Part shown: positions 1-7,563 of the stretch, piece by piece
Layout of the letters: every line of letters begins with the position of its first letter
Numbering within the stretch: the first letter of the stretch is position 1
DNA from: Candidatus Electronema halotolerans
GTDB lineage: Bacteria > Desulfobacterota > Desulfobulbia > Desulfobulbales > Desulfobulbaceae
Direction of reading: 5' to 3'
Assembly (NCBI GenBank): GCA_942493095.1
Contig: OW818675.1
Location: 3,150,001 to 3,182,000 of the forward strand
DNA length: 32,000 nt
The notes under the pieces: model-generated
What the model saw: the letters and a program-made list of their open reading frames with translations, nothing else
What the model was told of the DNA's origin: nothing
Databases searched by the model: none
Translations under genes and position numbers: made by a program

Positions 1-11
1 AATTTTCTGAG

Positions 12-278
12 TCAAGCAATCTCAAAATTTCCATGCTTGACCTCTTCGATTTTTCCGCAAAGCTCGTTGAATATTTTCATCTGCGCTTTCCATTCAATGT
101 AATCATCCCACTGTGAAAAATCATCTTGCGCGGCATGTTCAACCTGCTGTTTGAACTCGCTCCACGGCTGGTTGTATTTTTGCTCAAAAAGACGTATTTT
201 TTCGCGCACCGTGTGCAGGGCAGCATGATATTCCATCAGGAGCCATTCTGCAATTTCCTGCTTATACACTGTAATCAT
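12..278 (-). CDS. hypothetical small protein (88 aa), family not recognised
   Basis: Intact ORF in an AT-rich segment. The sequence is W/D/E/K-rich and looks helical (WDDYIEWKAQMK). Its downstream neighbour lies off-window, so any partner gene is unseen. Confidence 0.45.
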   Translation of the reverse strand: MITVYKQEIAEWLLMEYHAALHTVREKIRLFEQKYNQPWSEFKQQVEHAAQDDFSQWDDYIEWKAQMKIFNELCGKIEEVKHGNFEIA

Positions 279-361
279 GTCTCTTCACCTCCAATGAATG
301 CGTGATCGCAACAAGCCATCCCCATGCTGGAAGTAAAAAAAATACAGCTAAAATGGGATGC

Positions 362-1867
362 TGTCAAACCAAAACAGCCCGAACTGCTTCTGCAATCCGG
401 GCTGATCACTCTCCGCATCACAACGAAACCGCCAGCGTTACACCGTCGCAGGCTCCTTCACTTCCTCACCAAAGGCGTGAATCTGAGCCATGATGCCGTT
501 CATAGTGAAGCGGCCCATGTCAATGGCCATAGTCGGACAGCGGGCCGCGCACACGCCGCAGCCCTTGCAGGAGGCGGTGATGGTGCGGGCCTTGCGCTTG
601 CCGTTGTCATCCTTATAGATATCAATGGCCTTGTACGGACAGAAGCTCTCGCAGGCTCCGCAGCCGATGCACTGCTCCGCGTCGATCTGAGAGACAATCG
701 GGGCCGGAGTCACCGAGCCTTTGGCTAACGGATGACTGGCCCGGCCTGCTGCCGCCTGGGCCTGAGCCACAGTCTCGTCCATCGAGCGCGGCGAATGGGC
801 CAGACCGCAGACAAAAGTCCCGTCCACCGGCAGGTCAACCGGCTGGAGCTTGACATGCGCTTCCAAGAAGAATTTTTCCGCCGTGACCGGCACTTTCAGC
901 ATCTTGGCCAGCGCGGTCGGGTCTTCCGGGACTATGCCGGTTGACAGAGCGAGCAGATCGGTATCCGCTTCCAACTCCTCGCCGAGCAGCGGGTCAAAGT
1001 AGCGCACCTTAACCGCATCGCCATCGACACTGACTTCCGGCTTGCGCTCCAAGCTGTAGCGGGTGAAAATCACGCCGAGTTGGCGCGCTTTGCGGTAATC
1101 ATCTTCCATAAAGCCGTAGGAACGCATGTCTCGGTAAAGAATCACAATCTGCATTTCCGGCTGAAGAGCCTTGAGGCGCAGGGCGTTCTTCAGAGCTTGG
1201 CCGCAGCAGACCCGGCTGCAATAGGTCAAATCCTCGTCCCGCGAGCCGACGCACTGAATCATCACCGCCCGTTTGGCCGCCTTGAGGCCGTCCTGCTCCG
1301 CAACCAGCCGCTGCTCCAGCTCAAGCTGGGTGACGATCTTCGGTGACTGGCCGTAGCAATATTGCGTCGGCTGATAAGGATTGCCGCCTGTCGCTAAAAC
1401 CGTCACTCCGTGGTGAATCAGCTCGCTCGCGCCCTTGCTTTCTACCGTGGTGGTGAAGTTGCCGACATAGCCGGAACAGGCCGTCACCTGCGCCTCGGTA
1501 TGCACAGTGATGCGCGCATGACTGTTGACCCGATCAATCACCGACTGCACGGCCTGCTTGGGATCATTGCCGCGCCGGTCAGCCGTGAGCAGCAGGGCCT
1601 TGCCGCCGAGCTGAGTTCCGCGCTCGATCAAGGCGACATCAAAGCCCTGATCAGCAATGGCCAAGGCTGCTGTCATGCCTGCCAAGCCGCCGCCGACCAC
1701 CAGTGCCGAGGGCGTGACCGGGAGCTGCATCTCTTGCAACGCGGTCAGATGACAGGCTTTGGCCACGGCCATGCGCACAGCATCTTTAGCTTTCGCAGTC
1801 GCCCGCTCCGGCTCGTGTATATGCACCCAAGAACATTGGTCGCGGATATTGGCCATCTCAAAGAGCG
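362..1867. repeat. left copy of a ~1.5-kb direct repeat (3' half of the hdrA-like gene plus its terminator)
   Basis: Hand alignment with 6057-7563 is collinear at an offset of 5695/5696 nt. Homology starts near TGTCAA downstream of the stop codon. It ends abruptly after CTCAAAGAGCG at 1867. Confidence 0.9.
365..403 (-). terminator. rho-independent terminator, duplicated copy
   Basis: The minus strand reads AGCCCGGATTGC-AGAA-GCAGTTCGGGCT, a 12-bp stem with 2 G-U pairs and a 4-nt loop, followed by GTTTTGGTTT. It is the same hairpin as at 6070-6097. Confidence 0.6.
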
Positions 1868-1925
1868 GAATCCGTTGTTCTTGATAGATAGAGAATATCG
1901 ATCTATAATAAACAGGTAAGCACAT
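438..1925 (-). pseudogene. 5'-truncated duplicate of the hdrA-like gene; the last ~474 codons are intact, with a 21-codon unrelated N-terminal extension
   Basis: From LFEMANIRDQCSWVH onward the ORF aligns with the C-terminal half of the 6134-9202 product, with 17 substitutions by my count. The first 21 codons (MCLPVYYRSIFSIYQEQRIP) come from AT-rich non-homologous DNA. I see no convincing SD before the ATG at 1925. Confidence 0.8.
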
Positions 1926-1960
1926 CAGCCATATCCAAAATATTTGCCAAGGAAAGCATC

Positions 1961-2164
1961 ATGGAACAAATAGATAAAATATCTGACAACGAATTGGTCC
2001 GCCGCTGCATGGAGCGAACAGGAATCAAAACACAAGCGGCCTTAATTGATTACGCATTGCGCGAGCTGCTCAGGCGTGAGAATCAAATGGAAATTCTGCA
2101 ATTGAAGGGGCGTGTTCATTGGCAGGGTAGCTTGGAGGAATGGCGGCAGGGACGTGACGCATGA
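1961..2164 (+). CDS. vapB: type II antitoxin, VapB family
   Basis: 67-aa product containing ALIDYALRELLRRENQMEIL...G...W.G.LEEWR, typical of VapB-type antitoxins. An AAGGAAAG SD lies upstream. The stop overlaps the vapC start (ATGA). Confidence 0.8.
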   Translation: MEQIDKISDNELVRRCMERTGIKTQAALIDYALRELLRRENQMEILQLKGRVHWQGSLEEWRQGRDA

Positions 2165-2574
2165 TGGTTTTGGTTGACACCAGCGTCTGGATAAATTTCT
2201 TTGCAGCCCGCGCCTGCCCGCATGTTGCGGCCCTTGAGCAGCTTATTGTCAACCGGGAAGATGTTTGTCTTTGCGGTGTTATTCTGACAGAGATTCTTCA
2301 GGGAATCAGAAATGACGCGGAGTTTGAGCGCACACGGGAAATGCTGGAAAATTTAATTTTTCTGCCGATGCGTCAGTCTGTTTTTCTGCGGGCAGCCGAG
2401 ATATATCGTTCTCTGCGGAAGAAAGGCATCACTGTCAGAAAGCCGGTGGACTGCATGATTGCATCCACAGCCATCGAATACAATCTGCCTCTGCTTCACA
2501 ATGACAGAGATTTCATTCCGATTGAGCAGCATTGTGGGTTGAAAAATTTTTTGTCGTCTGAGAGCTTTCAGTGA
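2161..2574 (+). CDS. vapC: PIN-domain ribonuclease toxin VapC
   Basis: 137 aa. The N-terminal VLVDTSVWINFF carries the first PIN acidic residue. TEILQG, VDCMIAST and LHNDRDF supply the remaining acidic positions. There is a 4-nt overlap with vapB. Confidence 0.9.
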   Translation: MMVLVDTSVWINFFAARACPHVAALEQLIVNREDVCLCGVILTEILQGIRNDAEFERTREMLENLIFLPMRQSVFLRAAEIYRSLRKKGITVRKPVDCMIASTAIEYNLPLLHNDRDFIPIEQHCGLKNFLSSESFQ

Positions 2575-2700
2575 GATTTGGCAGTTTGCTTGCGAGGAAA
2601 AAATATGAAGCCGATTCTGCAATGGGAGAACACTTCTCCACATGTCCTGCATCAGGTGCTGGAAGAAACGTTACCGGCTTCGGCTTGAACGAGCTAACAC

Positions 2701-5700
2701 TCAATCCTTGATGCAGCGAACAGATGCTCCCCCCGCACGAAGAATTATATCATTTAAGTATGCTTCACTGGTGGTGAAATTCAAGGCGTAAGAATAGGAG
2801 ATATTATAACCAAGACAATCATAACCGATGCTGGTCCAGTAAAAACCATAGACACCTTGACCGGTTATTTCTCCATCTGTGTGTGAACGACTGCCTGATG
2901 CAACGATCTTTAAAGGAGACGCGAACGCGCCAGCAGCATCTTTTGAACTCCAAGAATTTATCTCAACTTGCCATTCATCTTTAGTCGGCAGTCTGAATCC
3001 GTCAGGACAAGGATTATTTACGCCGTTTACGCCTTGCCACAGGTTATTATTTTGCGGACTTCTCCAATCATAAGGACTGACATCTGATGTTATAAATTTA
3101 TCATGTCCCGGATGATCGGTAGAAATGAGCGTTGAAGTTGTTCCGCTTGTTCGTTTTTCATGCCCGTCAGAAAGTCTGCCCCACTGATAAAGATCGCCAA
3201 ACGCCTCTGTATCCGTCATACTCGTTGCCACTCGCGAAGCACCGAGATTGCGGTCCATCCAGATTCTTCCTGTCGGAGAAGTTACCGTTGGGATTGTAGG
3301 TTTCTGTATTGTTATGGTGAGCTTTTCTTCTGTCCAAGGAACGCTTTCAGAGGAACCAATAGTTGATGTTACGACAGCAAAATACGTTTTTCCCGCTATA
3401 CCTTGGAAACTCGCATTTGTTGCTGTTGTTTTTATTGTAAAACCATTTGGATGTGAATCGAAATCTTCAGGGTCTATTCCTCTTTTATCGGAAATATAGA
3501 CTGTATATCCATCTGCAAAAGGTGATGCATCCCAGCTTAGATAAACAACCGCTGAATCGTTCGCGGTAAGAGCTAAATTCTTTGGGGGCTGGGGCGTTAC
3601 TATTTCTTTTGAAACGACACTTACAAAAAATTGATCTTTTTCAGATTCTCCGCTTGGGGTGGTGACTTTTACTCTTCCTCGGATAAGTACATGATTTGTT
3701 CCTAGTGGAATTTCTGGTGCAACAAAAGAAGCTGTTGTCCCATTATTTGAAATTGAAATTCCCTCAGGAGAAGTAATTCTCCAGTCGTATTCAGTTCCTG
3801 ATGGTGGTGTGTAGGGTACTGTATTAAAGCTAAGATCACCATCTTCTAATTCCAATAAAACCTGTTCCCCAGGTTCTGCTGTCTGGAATTTTTTAACCAG
3901 ATTTAGCGACAGTTCTTTCTGTAAAATTTCCTGATCAAGAGTCAATCCATATTCATAGGTATTACTCAGCGAACTTGTATGGAGTATTCCGAGTGGATCG
4001 TTTTTATATTTTTTATATCGAACCCATGTGGATATCTCCAAAAAATCGTTAGTTACATCTGGGTTATCCATTTTTTCTGCAAGGCAGCCGTTATACGTGT
4101 CTCCGTAGTTATATAGGTTGAATTTACTCCCGCCAATTCCTTTAGGGATGCCTGAATAAATTGTGTTATTAAAAACGCCGTTCTCTCCCAGAGAACGAAA
4201 TTGTATTTGACCTGTATCTATCATCAGTCCATCGGTCGATAAATTTTCAAATTCTACGCAGACAACGATGAAGTTATTGATGGTCGAAACCTTTTTTATA
4301 CGGATATTCATCATATCTGTAGATGAATTCTGTTGAGAAGGTAAAAGAATAATCGCTTTGTCTTTCAAATCCTTCACCTTACTATCTACTAACCCAGTAG
4401 CATCAGCAACTATTTTATTAAACAACGCCTCGTCAATATTTCTATTGTTCATGAAATGTTTTTTCAGTTCCCACCAATTTGATGGATACCCATATTCAGC
4501 CTGCTGTTTTACAAACGCAAGTTTTCCAGCCGCATTATAATACGCATTAAGATAATCCAAAGCGGCACTATATGTGTCGATCTCGTCTTGCTTGCTATAG
4601 AGCATCCATGCTGCTATTCCATTTAAGTAAACTTGGTAAACCTCTTGCGAGAATTGACTGACACAGCCCAAAGCACTTAATTTAGAAATATCGCGTTCCC
4701 AACGGCAAGCATCATACACCCTGCCTCCTTTCATGAGTCCATCAACAGCACCGGCAGTCCACAGGTGGCCTTCTCCTATGAGTTCTTCTTTAATTTCATC
4801 CTCGGTCATCGAAAGCAATTCGCTCTTTACTTTATCTTTACCACCTTCTAACAATCCTGCTTTTACACTGTCAGGACTTGCATTAACTGCTGAAATAGCA
4901 GCAAAAGCATCTGCTACAGCCTTTGCATCTTTCTCTGCTTCCTTTTTTCTTTCTAAAACATCGAGAGAGTCCCATATCATGGCACTATGTTGAAGATTCA
5001 TTAACGGTCCTACGTGAAAATGCCAGAAATAATGTTTTAATCTATACCAAGCACTCATGGGTGCATCACCTTCAAGTATAGCTGTATTGCATGGAAAATC
5101 TGTCAAACAGCCAGCCAAGGGAGAATTGCCATGATAATAGTCATAAATACCAAGATTTTTTAGCAGTTCAGCCTTGGGGGCATTGATAGAATGCTGGATA
5201 CTGCCTGTCTTATCCGCATTAAACTCCTTGCCGACTAACGTTTTAAATTGGTTTTTAAAATCTTGGTCGTTTGGATCAACTTCATAGATGGAATAGCTGA
5301 GGTTTTTAAGAGCTTCATCATCATCTGTTTTGATCTGTATTCCGTTATCAGGCAGGCCGTCAGAATCTAAGCTTTGCATGATCATGGCTACTTGTTCATA
5401 GCTGCTCATATCATTAACAAAAGCGTATTTATCTGCTCGTACTACCCCTATTGGTTGTCCGCCAATAAAAAATTTTATTGTATCTCCTTTCTTGTAGCGA
5501 TATTCGCAGTTTTCTGTTGTTCTTCCGCTGATACCAGAGCTGGTCTCATATTGCATATTCGATACACAACTATCGATAAATTTACCTGTCTTGACTTTTG
5601 ATCTTATGATAGGAACTATTTTTAATAGTAAGCTTGATGCAGCAAATCCAACCCTGAATGAACAGGTTATAAGCAACAATAAGATAAGTACCCAGAATTT

Positions 5701-5718
5701 TTTATTCATGTTCTTCAT
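2701..5718 (-). CDS. large secreted/surface mosaic protein with Ig/PKD-like and FN3-like modules and a C-terminal FISUMP domain (Fibrobacter succinogenes major paralogous domain, TIGR02145-type)
   Basis: N-terminal signal peptide MKNMNKKFWVLILLLLITCSFRVGFA. FN3-like segment PPKNLALTANDSAVVYLSWDASPFADGYTVYIS. C-terminal motifs are GRIWMDRNLGA...FGDLYQWGR...NPCPDGFRLPTKDEW...GFYWTS. GC content is much lower than the flanks, and no SD is visible before the ATG. Confidence 0.85.
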   Translation of the reverse strand: MKNMNKKFWVLILLLLITCSFRVGFAASSLLLKIVPIIRSKVKTGKFIDSCVSNMQYETSSGISGRTTENCEYRYKKGDTIKFFIGGQPIGVVRADKYAFVNDMSSYEQVAMIMQSLDSDGLPDNGIQIKTDDDEALKNLSYSIYEVDPNDQDFKNQFKTLVGKEFNADKTGSIQHSINAPKAELLKNLGIYDYYHGNSPLAGCLTDFPCNTAILEGDAPMSAWYRLKHYFWHFHVGPLMNLQHSAMIWDSLDVLERKKEAEKDAKAVADAFAAISAVNASPDSVKAGLLEGGKDKVKSELLSMTEDEIKEELIGEGHLWTAGAVDGLMKGGRVYDACRWERDISKLSALGCVSQFSQEVYQVYLNGIAAWMLYSKQDEIDTYSAALDYLNAYYNAAGKLAFVKQQAEYGYPSNWWELKKHFMNNRNIDEALFNKIVADATGLVDSKVKDLKDKAIILLPSQQNSSTDMMNIRIKKVSTINNFIVVCVEFENLSTDGLMIDTGQIQFRSLGENGVFNNTIYSGIPKGIGGSKFNLYNYGDTYNGCLAEKMDNPDVTNDFLEISTWVRYKKYKNDPLGILHTSSLSNTYEYGLTLDQEILQKELSLNLVKKFQTAEPGEQVLLELEDGDLSFNTVPYTPPSGTEYDWRITSPEGISISNNGTTASFVAPEIPLGTNHVLIRGRVKVTTPSGESEKDQFFVSVVSKEIVTPQPPKNLALTANDSAVVYLSWDASPFADGYTVYISDKRGIDPEDFDSHPNGFTIKTTATNASFQGIAGKTYFAVVTSTIGSSESVPWTEEKLTITIQKPTIPTVTSPTGRIWMDRNLGASRVATSMTDTEAFGDLYQWGRLSDGHEKRTSGTTSTLISTDHPGHDKFITSDVSPYDWRSPQNNNLWQGVNGVNNPCPDGFRLPTKDEWQVEINSWSSKDAAGAFASPLKIVASGSRSHTDGEITGQGVYGFYWTSIGYDCLGYNISYSYALNFTTSEAYLNDIILRAGGASVRCIKD

Positions 5719-6056
5719 TTTTTTGAAAAATGCTATATGTTAAAGCAAAGATGGAACGTTTTAATGGGCTATGCCCTGTGCGAGACCATGTCTCGGACCT
5801 TCTGCCGGGTTTTGTCTGTGAAGCAGGCGAGGGATTCAGCCAGATAAAGTAACCGTAAGCACCCCGTCGTCGGTGGCTCACGGACAGGTTGATGCCGTGG
5901 ATTTGAAAGAGCCTGCCCGTGTCGCAGAACAGGAAAAAATCTATAAACCAATCCTGTCTATAGATGAATTATAGTAATTTCATACTCTTTGCAGCATGTT
6001 CATTAGTCTCATGAGATGCAAGTAATTTGATCAGTATCTCCGCTGCCACTTATTTT

Positions 6057-7563
6057 GTCAAGAAAAAAGAGCCCGAACTGCTTCTGCAATCCGGGCTGAT
6101 CTATATTACTGCATCACAACAAAACCGCCAGCTTTACGCTGCCACAGGCTCCTTGACCTTCTCACCAAAGGCGTGAATCTGGGCCATGATGCCGTTCATG
6201 GTGAAGCGGCCCATGTCGATAGCCATAGTCGGACAGCGGGCCGCGCACACGCCGCAGCCCTTGCAGGAGGCGGTGATGGTGCGGGCCTTGCGCTTGCCGT
6301 TGTCATCCTTATAAATATCAATGGCCTTGTACGGGCAAAAGCTCTCGCAGGCTCCGCAGCCGATGCACTGCTCCGCGTCGATCTGAGAGACAATCGGAGC
6401 CGGAGTCACCGAGCCTTTGGCTAACGGATGACTGGCCCGGCCTGCTGCCGCCTGGGCCTGAGCCACAGTCTCATCCATCGAGCGCGGCGAATGGGCCAGA
6501 CCGCAGACAAAGGTCCCGTCCACCGGCAGATCCACCGGCTGGAGCTTGACATGCGCCTCCAAGAAGAACTTCTCCGCTGTGACCGGCACCTTGAGCATTT
6601 TGGCCAGCGTGGTCGGGTCTTCCGGGACGATGCCGGTTGAGAGCGCGAGCAGGTCGGCATCCGCCTCCAGTTCCTCACCGAGCAGCGGATCAAAATAGCG
6701 CACTTTGACCGCATCGCCTTCAACGCTGACCTCCGGCTTGCGCTCCAAGCTGTAGCGGGTGAAGATCACGCCGAGCTGGCGCGCCTTGCGGTAGTCGTCC
6801 TCCATGAAGCCGTAGGAGCGCATGTCGCGGTAGAGGACAACAATCTGCATCTCCGGCTGCAATGCCTTGAGGCGGAGGGCGTTCTTCAGAGCTTGGCCGC
6901 AGCAGACGCGGCTGCAATAGGTCAAATCCTCGTCCCGCGAGCCGACGCACTGAATCATCACCGCCCGCTTGGCCGCCTTGAGGCCGTCCTGATCAGCAAC
7001 CAGCCGCTGTTCCAATTCAAGCTGGGTGACGATCTTGGGCGACTGGCCGTAGCAATATTGCGTGGGCTGATAAGGATTGCCGCCAGTGGCAAGCACAGTC
7101 ACACCGTGATGAATCAGCTCGCTCGCGCCCTTGCTTTCCACTGTGGTGGTGAAATTGCCGACATAGCCGGAGCAGGCCGTCACCTGCGCCTCGGTATGCA
7201 CAGTGATGCGCGCATGACTGTTCACCCGATCAATCACCGCCTGCACGGCCTGCCGGGGATCATTGCCGCGCCGGTCAGCGGTGAGCAGCAGAGCCTTGCC
7301 GCCGAGGCTCTGCCCCCGCTCAACCAAGGCCACATCAAAACCCTGATCAGCAATGGCCAGCGCAGCAGTCATGCCTGCCAGACCGCCTCCGATCACCAGA
7401 GCTGAGGGCGTGACTGGGAGCTGCATCTCCTCCAGCGCGGTCAGATGACAGGCTTTGGCAACCGCCATGCGCACCGCATCCTTGGCTTTTTCCGTAGCCC
7501 GTTCCGGCTCATGGATATGCACCCAAGAACATTGGTCGCGGATATTGGCCATCTCAAAGAGCG
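6057..7563. repeat. right copy of the ~1.5-kb direct repeat (inside the intact hdrA-like gene and its terminator)
   Basis: Collinear with 362-1867. Beyond 7563 the sequence continues as the genuine 5' half of the gene. Confidence 0.9.
6060..6097 (-). terminator. rho-independent terminator of the hdrA-like gene
   Basis: The minus strand forms a 12-bp stem AGCCCGGATTGC/GCAGTTCGGGCT with an AGAA loop, followed by CTTTTTTCTT. It lies 37 nt after the stop codon. Confidence 0.8.

Noticed and set aside
2605-2688. 27-codon ORF (MKPILQWENTSPHVLHQVLEETLPASA) between convergent vapC and the FISUMP gene.
   Set aside because: It has no SD and no recognisable motif. It sits in a convergent 3' region, so it is probably non-coding or a fragment.
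5740-5960. A ~200-bp GC-richer patch inside the AT-rich spacer upstream of the FISUMP gene. It starts near GTGCGAGACC (a group II intron-like GUGYG) and has a possible AGC-containing hairpin on the other strand.
   Set aside because: The two intron-like cues lie on opposite strands. There is no RT ORF and no room for the intron domains. The only ORF (60 aa) has no recognisable motif. This is probably a gene or element fragment, but I cannot identify it without a database search.
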